A DNA stretch of 53,271 nucleotides from a virus. Its lineage: Duplodnaviria; Caudoviricetes. The DNA is taken from positions 1 to 53,271 of the IMG/VR virus record IMGVR_UViG_3300032130_000001; one strand, 5' to 3'. Under the pieces are notes generated by a model. That model did not search any database. It saw nothing but the letters and a program-made list of their open reading frames with translations, and was not told the DNA's origin. Each line of letters begins with the position of its first letter. The stretch's first letter is position 1. A program made the position numbers and the translations under genes. Positions 8,609 to 17,610 of the stretch are shown piece after piece.

Positions 8609-8997
8609 AGCTATCAGAATACTGTATGCTCCCAGAGGAGGAGAGAATTAAGATGAGTCAACGCTTGGCGTTTCACGAGCTACTGGATGGTAACAAGTTT
8701 GAAGGTACTTCCCAAACTACCCAGCAAGGTGAGAAGACTAAGAAGCTTATCCTTAGGATCATTAAGTGGGGTGAGGTCAATAGAGTTCGTAGAGCTCAGT
8801 TTGATTACCTACTATCTGACGCCTTCAAGGAAGATTTACATAGGGCCGTTGTCATAGATGGACTGGCCAACACACAAGCTGGTATCTCCAGGGTTGAGAA
8901 GAAGGAAGCTAACGAGCTGTGGAACAAGTATGCTAGGAATAACAGACATACATGGCAATCTAGTATAGATGCCGAGGGGATAACACGCAAATTTTAA
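8605..8997 (+). CDS. hypothetical protein
   Basis: ATGA overlap; shares a C-terminal motif with the upstream ORF. Confidence 0.6.
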   Translation: MKLSEYCMLPEEERIKMSQRLAFHELLDGNKFEGTSQTTQQGEKTKKLILRIIKWGEVNRVRRAQFDYLLSDAFKEDLHRAVVIDGLANTQAGISRVEKKEANELWNKYARNNRHTWQSSIDAEGITRKF

Positions 8998-9057
8998 ACG
9001 AAGATATATCGCATTTTGAAACATTTACTTGATATATATTACTAACAAGAGGTTATT

Positions 9058-9255
9058 ATGAAAGAACGACTACTCTACTGGTTACATCGTTACGTGAAGC
9101 GATTACCATTTTTACCACCCCTTAGTTATGGTTTTTGGGCAAGCTTAGCCTGTCCAGGTAAGGAACCATTACATTTCCACCATGACGGCTGTCCACATTG
9201 TGATTGGTCAGACAGTCGAGGTGACTACGCTGGGAGGGTATCATGGCACGTGTAA
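9058..9255 (+). CDS. small Cys/His-rich protein
   Basis: GAGGTT RBS; CPGKEPLHFHHDGCPHC. Confidence 0.6.
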   Translation: MKERLLYWLHRYVKRLPFLPPLSYGFWASLACPGKEPLHFHHDGCPHCDWSDSRGDYAGRVSWHV

Positions 9256-10259
9256 TTACAGGACCAGCAACAAACATTACAAAACATCCTAAGAGCCACG
9301 TCCGAGGGTGGTCCTTGGGCTGGGCTGAATTACTAGGTGCTGACATAGACGAGACGTGTTCGGCAGATATTTACGATTACGACGAGATATACCTAGACCA
9401 TGGAGTTAATTGGGCAGGAAGCCTTAACTTATTTGCAGGTGCTACGGACTCGGTGTTCGAAAGGTTTGATAGACTTATGCAGTTTCACTACGAGTACGGT
9501 AAGATAGCGTCTCTCGACTGGGAGATGCCTGATTACGGGAACTTCCTTATGAAGAGATTGAAGGCACCCACCACATCAGATCATATTACGCCAGCTTGGT
9601 GTTCTAGGTTATCGGAGGTGTGTAAGGCTATAAAGCATATTAAGCAAACCGATTTAGGAGTGGAATGGTTATCGTGGGGCGACAGTCATACACCCGCATT
9701 CGCACCGAAGGGGAGCGCTGTGTCTAAGTTGGACGGGCGAACCTTGTACGGTGTAATAAAGGATAACACGCTTGACAAGATTGAGGTTGACGATCGTATC
9801 AAGGGCATCACACTGTGCCTTGGTCACATCGACGTGAGACATCACCTGTGTCGGCCTGAAAGCATTTCGGTTAAGGAGTTATGTGAGGAGTACTTAATAG
9901 CGTGCCGTAAACTGCGTGACCGTTTGAATTATTCTCTCACGCGATCCGTTCATATTGAGGTGGTGGCGCCGGTTCCCATCGAGCACGAAGATAGAAAGAT
10001 ACCAAAGACAGGTTACTTTAAGAAGACACCGTTCTACGGGTCTAGGGAAGAGAGACAAGCGAAGACACTAGACATTATGAATTGCTTGATAGGGGGAGAA
10101 TTTCCGGTTATATCACCACCGGGTTACAGGTACAGTATGGATGGAGAAGAGTATGCTAAAGAGTATATGGAACTAGGTGGTTCAGTACACATGGCTCCGC
10201 CTTACTACAGACGTTACGATAAGGAAGAGTGGAAGAATATTAATGTCAAAACCAGATAG
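9243..10259 (+). CDS. SGNH/GDSL-like hydrolase or acyltransferase domain protein
   Basis: WGDSH (block I), LGHIDVRHH (block III-like), GGSVHMAP (block V His). Confidence 0.6.
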   Translation: MARVITGPATNITKHPKSHVRGWSLGWAELLGADIDETCSADIYDYDEIYLDHGVNWAGSLNLFAGATDSVFERFDRLMQFHYEYGKIASLDWEMPDYGNFLMKRLKAPTTSDHITPAWCSRLSEVCKAIKHIKQTDLGVEWLSWGDSHTPAFAPKGSAVSKLDGRTLYGVIKDNTLDKIEVDDRIKGITLCLGHIDVRHHLCRPESISVKELCEEYLIACRKLRDRLNYSLTRSVHIEVVAPVPIEHEDRKIPKTGYFKKTPFYGSREERQAKTLDIMNCLIGGEFPVISPPGYRYSMDGEEYAKEYMELGGSVHMAPPYYRRYDKEEWKNINVKTR

Positions 10260-10270
10260 GGAGTAATACC

Positions 10271-11053
10271 ATGTGGGATACAGGAATAGAAGCACCAGCA
10301 CGTTTGGTCTTTAAGAAGAGACATTCATTCGATGAAGACGTACAGGTTGTAGATTATCCCTATGGAATGGTTACTGATTTTGTGTTTATTAATAAGTTAG
10401 ATGATCATCCCGATAAAGAGTACATAGACACAGAATGTATAAAACATATAGAAGAGCAAGGCGATAGACAGGAACATGATACTAACGTAAAGGGAACTAT
10501 GACTGACTGGTATTGTGCACATCTACCTGGTTTTAAGGAGTTAGGTTCATTAGCATGTGAGTTCGCCCGCACAGCATATCCTTGGATAACACACCCTATG
10601 GCGTGGGATACATGGGGAAATAAGTATACGAGTGAACAATATGCCGCAATACATTGGCACAGACCAGCACAAATATCATGGACGTATTATCCTAAACTTG
10701 ATCCAGATCATCCAGGTTTATTCTTTCCAGATATGGCAGATGGACATGATGCAAAGCCTGGTATAACAGTTCTTCCAGAAAGCGGAGATATGTTAATGTT
10801 TCTAGGAGGGACTAGACATGGTGTAAAGCCTACAAAATTTAAAAATCCGAGATACGTCATAGCAGGTAACATATTCTTTGAATACACTGAGATGACAGAT
10901 GAACATAGATTGGGACACCATAATAGGGCCAATACGGAGAATAGGAAATCGATCTTAGCTAAAATGGCTAATCCAAATCGTAGTACATCAGCAGACGTAA
11001 ATCAGGCAAAAACAGTTTTTACAACAGCTAGGATTAAACCGAATGAGTCATAA
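10271..11053 (+). CDS. 2OG-Fe(II) oxygenase superfamily protein
   Basis: WGNKY..HWH..ISWTYY, PESGDMLMF..RHGV, RYVIAGNI. Confidence 0.8.
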   Translation: MWDTGIEAPARLVFKKRHSFDEDVQVVDYPYGMVTDFVFINKLDDHPDKEYIDTECIKHIEEQGDRQEHDTNVKGTMTDWYCAHLPGFKELGSLACEFARTAYPWITHPMAWDTWGNKYTSEQYAAIHWHRPAQISWTYYPKLDPDHPGLFFPDMADGHDAKPGITVLPESGDMLMFLGGTRHGVKPTKFKNPRYVIAGNIFFEYTEMTDEHRLGHHNRANTENRKSILAKMANPNRSTSADVNQAKTVFTTARIKPNES

Positions 11054-11921
11054 CGTACACGTAACAGATGGTATCAATAAGGATTTAGTAACGCTTGATA
11101 GAGAGTGGTACATGGAACAGACCAAAGGATGGAAAGATCCATACGGTTTACCTATGGTAGTACAGCACGATGGATTCAACATTGTTCGGGACGATTTAAT
11201 GGTTGGAAGTAAGGCTAGGTTTGGTGATTACTTTATGTCTCAAGTTAAGGAAGATACTATAGTATATGTTTGTCCAAGGAAGGGATTAGCTGGATTAGCT
11301 GTGCTGAACTTAGCTAAGAGATACAATAAGAAAGTTGTATTGTTTATGCCTGCTAGTAAGGAAATCTCCGATCATCAAGCATGTTGCATAGAGAGAGGTG
11401 CTATACCAAAATTTAGGAGAATTGCGGCCATGCCTAATTTAAATAAGATGGCCAAAGAGTACGCCGAAGAGGTAGGAGGATTCTTCGTTCCATTGGGCTT
11501 GTATCATCCGTTAGTAGTCGCGGGTGTTGCACGAGTTGCAGATAACTTGACAAAAGTCTATGGAGAACCGAAGGAAGTGTGGTGTGCCATTTCGACTGGA
11601 GTCCTCTCACGCGGACTCCAGATCGGGTGGCCAAATGCTACATTCTACTCAATCGCTGTTGCACGTAATCTGAAAGCAGGTGAATTGGGAAGATCGTATG
11701 TTGTATCAGATCCTAAGCCGTTTCTAAGAAATGAAAAGGAGGATCTACTACCTCCGTTTCCAACTGTTCCCAACTATGATGGTAAGGTGTGGAAATACAT
11801 GAAGCATAAGGGTAGTAAAGATGCATGGATGTGGAATGTTGGTATGGAACCAGAATTAAAATCAGAGCAATGGTATCAAACAGTAGATAGTCAACGAGAG
11901 TGGGGAGAAATACGGGATTGA
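11043..11921 (+). CDS. PLP-dependent enzyme (fold type II) of the kind found in phage base-hypermodification loci
   Basis: VRDDL..GSKAR (Schiff-base Lys), VWCAISTGVLSRGL phosphate loop, YDGKVW. Confidence 0.75.
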   Translation: MSHNVHVTDGINKDLVTLDREWYMEQTKGWKDPYGLPMVVQHDGFNIVRDDLMVGSKARFGDYFMSQVKEDTIVYVCPRKGLAGLAVLNLAKRYNKKVVLFMPASKEISDHQACCIERGAIPKFRRIAAMPNLNKMAKEYAEEVGGFFVPLGLYHPLVVAGVARVADNLTKVYGEPKEVWCAISTGVLSRGLQIGWPNATFYSIAVARNLKAGELGRSYVVSDPKPFLRNEKEDLLPPFPTVPNYDGKVWKYMKHKGSKDAWMWNVGMEPELKSEQWYQTVDSQREWGEIRD

Positions 11922-12595
11922 GAGTTTTAGATAAGGGTTTCATAGAGGTTATAGATACATTAGGTAATGACCTAACAGTCGTTAACTCTGCTCGAGTTTC
12001 ATTCGGTAAACGTAAAGAGAAGTTTACCAGTAGCGATGCTAAATTGGTTAAGTACCTAGCAAAGCATAAACACTACTCGCCGTTTAGACATATACAAGCA
12101 CAGTTCCATATAAAGGCACCTGAGTTTGTAATGAGACAGTGGTATAAACATGTTGTTGGTATTGAAACTACATCTAATTCATCTACTAAGGATCATGCGT
12201 GGAATGAGATCTCTGGAAGATACACTCCTGTTATAGATTACTATGTACCTACGGAATATCGTGCACAGTCAGATGATAATAAGCAAGCTAGCGAAGGATT
12301 GATAGCAAAACAAGTAACGGCTGAATATGTGTGGGAAGATGCAGTACTATATGCAAAGGAAGCATACACCAAATTATTAGATTTGGATGTAGCTAAGGAA
12401 CAGGCAAGAGCCATATTACCATTGAGCCAATATACTGAAGTTTACTGGACGGCAAGCTTTCAGGCCATAATGAATTTTATAGAGCTTAGGTATGAGAAGA
12501 CTGCACAGTGGGAAATACAAGAGTATGCTCGCGTTATGTTAGAACAGGTACATGAACTATTTCCGGAAACAACTAAAGCATGGGTAGATAAATGA
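11900..12595 (+). CDS. thyX: flavin-dependent thymidylate synthase (variant motif)
   Basis: DLTVVNSARVSF, HYSPF, APEFVMRQWYKH...WNEISGRY, KEQARAILP, NFIELR, AQWEIQEYA. Confidence 0.92.
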   Translation: MGRNTGLRVLDKGFIEVIDTLGNDLTVVNSARVSFGKRKEKFTSSDAKLVKYLAKHKHYSPFRHIQAQFHIKAPEFVMRQWYKHVVGIETTSNSSTKDHAWNEISGRYTPVIDYYVPTEYRAQSDDNKQASEGLIAKQVTAEYVWEDAVLYAKEAYTKLLDLDVAKEQARAILPLSQYTEVYWTASFQAIMNFIELRYEKTAQWEIQEYARVMLEQVHELFPETTKAWVDK

Positions 12596-13758
12596 ATATT
12601 GAACCAACTAAGTATTACGATAACTATTTAAAGTATCATCAGCTAGCAGAGAAGCAGCAGAAGGATTGTAATTTAGGTCATACCCTACATGAGGAATGGG
12701 ACGGTGATGATGATCTACTTAAACAAGTACAACTGTATGATGTTGTAGAAAGAAAGTATGCAGGCTTTAGTCAGATGATTAATGACATCTTCTACGCAGA
12801 TACTGATGATCATCCTTACATAGATAAGATACGAAGAGGTACAGCTTCGAAGCAAAGATTAGCTTTAGCTCCGATGTGGCGAGGTAAGCATGCAGATTTT
12901 AAACTACCAGAATGGTTATACATCTTCATGGTACATAGGTTATGCGGTTCAGCAATTAACTATGCACAGAAACCTTCAGGTTATCATAACTCTATTGTAC
13001 CTCATTTCTATAAAGATTATACTATAGAGAATATGGTAGAAAGAATTAACAGTGGAGAACACGATCCGTTCTACACATCAATAGGCTATCAGTTTCCTGC
13101 ATTTCCAAAACCACCAGCAGGATCTAGCTATAAACGTAACGGTGATTACTTCATGTCTGAAATGTTACCTGGTATGATAAGAGAATTTGCTAATTGGTTA
13201 GAGCAAGGTGGTAAGAGAGAGATACGAGAAATAGGAGATTGGTTATTTGATTGGAACGTGAAAAATGAATGTCGAAAGTTCAAATTTCAATATGCTGCGT
13301 TCATATCTGACATAGCAGATTGGTATCCACAGTACGTTGTTAGGGAGTCGATGTTCTACTATGGCTCTAATGCAGTAGAGTGCATAAAGTATATGGCTAA
13401 GCCCACTTCTAGAATGAATAAGATGCAGTTTATGGACGAAGTAATGGAAATGGTTTATAGAGATACTGGTGCAGTTCCTTATAATGCAGAAGATGTGATG
13501 TGTGATAGCATTAGGTGGATAGAGAACTACATTAGACCCGGTGAAATGTACGATCATTTAGATTTTAATAAAGTATGGGGTTCATCAAATATAATAGATC
13601 ATCCGTGTGGTAGACAGAAGATGATGTTAGAACTAGGGTTGGTAAAGGATTTTAATGAATTCAAGTCATTCCCATCAGATACAAAAGTATTAGACATGAA
13701 TGGCGTAACGGTAAAACAATATAAGGATATGGTTATAGATCACTTATATGAAGGATAG
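12592..13758 (+). CDS. divergent aGPT-Pplase1-like helical protein (HhH-glycosylase superfamily), putative DNA base-modifying enzyme
   Basis: FQYAAFISDIA...ESMFYYGSNAVECI...YNAEDVMCDSIRW parallels the F..YQ.A.DL...E..V..GPGA..GI...D.E..LCE..KY pattern; gene context agrees. Confidence 0.55.
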   Translation: MNIEPTKYYDNYLKYHQLAEKQQKDCNLGHTLHEEWDGDDDLLKQVQLYDVVERKYAGFSQMINDIFYADTDDHPYIDKIRRGTASKQRLALAPMWRGKHADFKLPEWLYIFMVHRLCGSAINYAQKPSGYHNSIVPHFYKDYTIENMVERINSGEHDPFYTSIGYQFPAFPKPPAGSSYKRNGDYFMSEMLPGMIREFANWLEQGGKREIREIGDWLFDWNVKNECRKFKFQYAAFISDIADWYPQYVVRESMFYYGSNAVECIKYMAKPTSRMNKMQFMDEVMEMVYRDTGAVPYNAEDVMCDSIRWIENYIRPGEMYDHLDFNKVWGSSNIIDHPCGRQKMMLELGLVKDFNEFKSFPSDTKVLDMNGVTVKQYKDMVIDHLYEG

Positions 13759-13760
13759 AC

Positions 13761-13907
13761 ATGGATTGGATAATGAATCTACTTGGTCATTGGATGTGCC
13801 TAAGCCTTGGAGCAATGTTAGGAATGCTGGTTATGGCATTATTCTGTGCTTCAGGCCGGAGCAATGATCATTTAGATAAGGTATTAAGAAATATAGATCA
13901 CCATTAG
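13761..13907 (+). CDS. small membrane protein (not in ORF track)
   Basis: MDWIMNLLGHWMCLSLGAMLGMLVMALFCASGRSND...; AAGGA RBS. Confidence 0.5.
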   Translation: MDWIMNLLGHWMCLSLGAMLGMLVMALFCASGRSNDHLDKVLRNIDHH

Positions 13908-13931
13908 TATTTATTGCTAAAGGAGTTGTAC

Positions 13932-14174
13932 ATGATAGATTTAGTAACCATTGTTGGAACAGTAGGAATATCATTGGTTTTAGTTATAGTCGGATATGTA
14001 CTAGCAACGTTTGCTCAGAGAGGACTATTATTAGAGATGAAGGAACAGATACTAGATAAGAATGAAGAAATTCAATATCTTAAAGTTAAGCTCGGTCTTG
14101 AAGAAGTAGACTTTGATTATAATGGTTGGTCAGATGATTTGATACCGTTAGATAATAAACCGGTGAAGAACTAG
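13932..14174 (+). CDS. membrane-anchored coiled-coil protein
   Basis: AGGAG RBS; N-terminal TM helix. Confidence 0.6.
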   Translation: MIDLVTIVGTVGISLVLVIVGYVLATFAQRGLLLEMKEQILDKNEEIQYLKVKLGLEEVDFDYNGWSDDLIPLDNKPVKN

Positions 14175-14473
14175 TGGAAGCTGAAAAAACAGGATCAGTT
14201 GAAGTTGAAATGAATGGTGGATCTCATGATCACATGAAACCCGATGCCATATACAATAAACCTGAAAACCTAGTATATGTTAAAACTGCTGGAAATACTA
14301 TTTATGTTGTCTGCGACAGAGAAGATCAGATGGATGTCGTAGTTAAAAAGTTAACAACTCCACAATGCAAGTTAGCTGGTTACGAAGAGTGGGATAAAGA
14401 TGCAGATAAGAAATGGATACTTACATTTTACTGTATAGATGATAGTCATGAAATTCAACCGGAGTTAAACTAA
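14174..14473 (+). CDS. hypothetical protein
   Basis: Coupled start and stop. Confidence 0.55.
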   Translation: MEAEKTGSVEVEMNGGSHDHMKPDAIYNKPENLVYVKTAGNTIYVVCDREDQMDVVVKKLTTPQCKLAGYEEWDKDADKKWILTFYCIDDSHEIQPELN

Positions 14474-14625
14474 TGCCTAATAGAAAGGCTAAGGATCGTA
14501 AGCGAAAGAGATTAAATCTAAATGCAAGATTGAACAAAGAAGGAAGAACAGCTAAGCAAATAGCAAAATACAAAGCTAAAAATCCTGATGCGAATAAAAA
14601 TAAATTTGGAATAAGTTATAGGTAG
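14473..14625 (+). CDS. small basic protein (not in track)
   Basis: MPNRKAKDRKRKRLNLNARLNKEGRT...; GGAG RBS; TAATG coupling. Confidence 0.6.
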   Translation: MPNRKAKDRKRKRLNLNARLNKEGRTAKQIAKYKAKNPDANKNKFGISYR

Positions 14626-14628
14626 CAA

Positions 14629-15429
14629 ATGAAAGCGTACGTTATCTATTTGCCGAAATCACCTAAGAGTGTTGAAGCGGCAAATGTAACTATACAAACT
14701 GGTCGAGACATTGCAAAAATCGATGTTGAGTTATGGGAAGGTTTTGATAGGGTTACTGGACCAGAGAAGATGAAAGAAATCGGGTATCTAGAATATGATA
14801 GCAGTATGTCATGGGGATACTCAGATGTTGAGGCGGCTATAGGTACATTCTTTAGTCATCATTCTCTATGGGAAACAAGTGTTAGAACAAATGAACACAT
14901 CTTAATACTAGAACACGATGCACATTTTAAATCTCCTTTAAACCATTTAGACCTGTACAAGAATCATACAGGTGTTATTAATATTGGTAAGCCACAGAGA
15001 GGATTACCAAACATTAAAGTATCAGAAAAATGGTATGCAAACAATAAGAAACCATTATTAGATAGGTCTAATTACGAAAGGCCGGCACCGTTCAAAACTT
15101 CAGCTCGCGGAATTCGTAATACTAAACCGATTAGGATATGTTGTTTATTTGGAGCTCATGCTTACATCGTATCTCCAAATGCAGCGAAGATATTAATAAG
15201 AAAGGCTCGTGAAAGAGGAATGCAACCAGCTGATCTTCACATACAATGTTTTGGATACGATTTAAAACAAGAGCACACGGTTGAAATAGATGATTGTATA
15301 CCCTTTACCGTACATGAACGGAGTTCGTTCTCACTAATACAAAAGATTGGTCACCCATTTTTTAGATCTGGTTCTAAGTGGGGAAACAAGACTCACTCAG
15401 CTGAAACTGCATGGGATGATTATGGATAA
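14629..15429 (+). CDS. glycosyltransferase family 25-like protein
   Basis: KAYVIYL, IGTFFSHHSLW, ILILEHDA, GAHAYIVSPNAAKILI, PAD. Confidence 0.85.
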   Translation: MKAYVIYLPKSPKSVEAANVTIQTGRDIAKIDVELWEGFDRVTGPEKMKEIGYLEYDSSMSWGYSDVEAAIGTFFSHHSLWETSVRTNEHILILEHDAHFKSPLNHLDLYKNHTGVINIGKPQRGLPNIKVSEKWYANNKKPLLDRSNYERPAPFKTSARGIRNTKPIRICCLFGAHAYIVSPNAAKILIRKARERGMQPADLHIQCFGYDLKQEHTVEIDDCIPFTVHERSSFSLIQKIGHPFFRSGSKWGNKTHSAETAWDDYG

Positions 15430-16081
15430 ATTTGCAGATGAACTAGGAAAGCACGTAAAGGAGATTCCACAGAAAGTAGCAAACGTAAATGTACGGTATA
15501 AGAAAGTATGGTCGCAAACTATATTGGACGAACATGGTTATGCTCATTTTCTAAAAGTGGCACAGGATACAAATTTAAAGTATCTGCATTACTATGCTAA
15601 GAAAAAGAAGAACAGGATAGAGGCCGATGATGTTAAACGACTGTATAATTTCTATACGTGTACAGTACTGTGGAGTATTTGTGCCTCGTTCATGAAGGGT
15701 TATGATCATTTTTATTTACTAAAAAATAAGTGCATATCAGTAGAACCCGATATAGGACCTAAACGTAGATGGGAACTTAAGTTCAATTATCCAAAAGCTA
15801 AAGATGATTACTATATGCACGTATTAATTTGTTTAAACGAAGCATCCATACGGGTCTTTGATGTAAACAAAAAAAAGTGGATTGATAAGCAATTAAAGGT
15901 TTGGCCTGGAGATGCAATAGTAATGCCAAATGGTGCACAATTGTGCGGAGAGTTGGGTCAGACAGAATACGAAAAACCATTAAGATTTTATCTTGCTTCA
16001 TATAGCACTAAAGAAAACAAATATACTACAGCAATGTGGAAAGAACCAGTTCATAACGGAATAAATAATAAAAAGTTATAA
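15422..16081 (+). CDS. hypothetical protein, possibly a degenerate cupin/2OG-oxygenase fold
   Basis: Coupled ORF; VWPGDAIVM segment. Confidence 0.5.
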   Translation: MDKFADELGKHVKEIPQKVANVNVRYKKVWSQTILDEHGYAHFLKVAQDTNLKYLHYYAKKKKNRIEADDVKRLYNFYTCTVLWSICASFMKGYDHFYLLKNKCISVEPDIGPKRRWELKFNYPKAKDDYYMHVLICLNEASIRVFDVNKKKWIDKQLKVWPGDAIVMPNGAQLCGELGQTEYEKPLRFYLASYSTKENKYTTAMWKEPVHNGINNKKL

Positions 16082-16686
16082 TGCTTACTCAACGATTTAA
16101 TCCACCAGAAGATTGGTTGGCAACTGAACACTGGAATTATAATCAGTATTTCATGGGCCTTGTAGATATGTTACATTTTATATCTCTACATTTTAAAGTA
16201 GTAGATAGATCTAGACCGTTTAGAATGATAGAAATAGGATCATATATGGGGGAATCCACAATGCTATTCGCAGCATCTGGAATATTTGATTCTATATGTG
16301 CCATTGATCCGTTTAAGGGAAGTGACCCATCGATGGGTTTAGGAGAGCAAGGATTGAATTGGAAAGACGTTAAAGATGAGTACGATAATAACACAAGATA
16401 CTTTAGCAACATAACCTTATATGAAGATTACAGTTATAATGTAGTTGAGAAATTTCCAGATGGATATGCAGATTTTATTTATATAGATGGAGCCCACGAT
16501 TATGAAAGTGTAGTACAGGATTTAGAGTGTTATTTACCTAAAGTTAAGAAGGGCGGACTTATAGGTGGTCATGATTATAATAAGTGGTATGAACCGTATG
16601 AGGATGTAATACGAGCAGTTAATCATGTTGTCGGTAAACCAACCAAAGTATTTTTAGATTCTAGCTTTGTAAAAATAATACGTTGA
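16081..16686 (+). CDS. class I SAM-dependent methyltransferase (Methyltransf_24-like)
   Basis: IEIGSYMGEST, IDPF, DFIYIDGAHDYESV, VKKGGLIGGHDY. Confidence 0.9.
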   Translation: MLTQRFNPPEDWLATEHWNYNQYFMGLVDMLHFISLHFKVVDRSRPFRMIEIGSYMGESTMLFAASGIFDSICAIDPFKGSDPSMGLGEQGLNWKDVKDEYDNNTRYFSNITLYEDYSYNVVEKFPDGYADFIYIDGAHDYESVVQDLECYLPKVKKGGLIGGHDYNKWYEPYEDVIRAVNHVVGKPTKVFLDSSFVKIIR

Positions 16687-17606
16687 AGATTTTATATGTA
16701 AATGACTGGTCGGTAGGATCAGAGTTTTCAGCATCAAACACTGGAAATAGTTATATGTGTGATATGATATTTCATGGTGCTAGGAGTTTATTCGGTACAG
16801 ATTGTATAGATAGTACTAGGGCCTGGTATATGTATGACGATTCATACGTTGATACAGCTAGACATAAATTATATGGACTTGGTTTTAATTATGCGGCTAA
16901 ACTTCCTGTTGTAAAAATAGATAGGTCTAGTTTACGTGAGAAAATATTAGACAGATATTTTGATTTAATTATTTACGGTATGGGTAGACAACGATTGAAA
17001 CCATATTGGGATGATGTAATAAAGGTTTATAAGCGGGAACAGATTGTATTGATTGATGGAAATGATAGAGGTAATATCTTACTCAATGATTCGTTAGTAG
17101 AAAAAGCTTTATACTTTAAACGAGAGTTTGTAACTCCATCTAAGTGGCCTAAGGGAGTATTACCTCTTAGTTATTCTATACCAAAATCTCAAGTAGTAAC
17201 TACACCTGTGCAGAAACTTGGTAAGGATCAGTTCGTATCACCGCCAAATCATGGAGAATATGGTTTTAGAAATGAAGAAGAGTACAATAAAAATTATCAG
17301 AAATCTATGTTTGCGCTTACAAGACAAAAGCTCGGATGGGATTGTCTTAGACACTATGAAATTGTTGCTAATGGATGCATACCGATTTTTTACAAGTATT
17401 CGTCAATTCCTGATTCAATCATGACAACATGGGATAGATCACTCTTTCGCGATGCATACAAATTAATGTGGGATACAAAGAGTCAAAATACCAGGGTATT
17501 AACAAGGTATTATAGAGATTTAGCTGCCGCATTTACAGATCAAATGTTAAAAAGACAAACAACAGAGAAGGCAGTTGAATACATTCTGAATCACGTTAAT
17601 ATTTAA
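16683..17606 (+). CDS. GT-B/exostosin-like glycosyltransferase
   Basis: IDGND, YFKRE, YQKSMFALT..KLGWDCLRHYEIVANGCIPIF. Confidence 0.7.
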   Translation: MKILYVNDWSVGSEFSASNTGNSYMCDMIFHGARSLFGTDCIDSTRAWYMYDDSYVDTARHKLYGLGFNYAAKLPVVKIDRSSLREKILDRYFDLIIYGMGRQRLKPYWDDVIKVYKREQIVLIDGNDRGNILLNDSLVEKALYFKREFVTPSKWPKGVLPLSYSIPKSQVVTTPVQKLGKDQFVSPPNHGEYGFRNEEEYNKNYQKSMFALTRQKLGWDCLRHYEIVANGCIPIFYKYSSIPDSIMTTWDRSLFRDAYKLMWDTKSQNTRVLTRYYRDLAAAFTDQMLKRQTTEKAVEYILNHVNI

Positions 17607-17610
17607 TGAT

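Noticed and set aside
11043-11921. Cysteine synthase or threonine dehydratase auxiliary metabolic gene
   Set aside because: It lacks CysK-specific motifs such as TSGNTG, and the context favours nucleotide modification.
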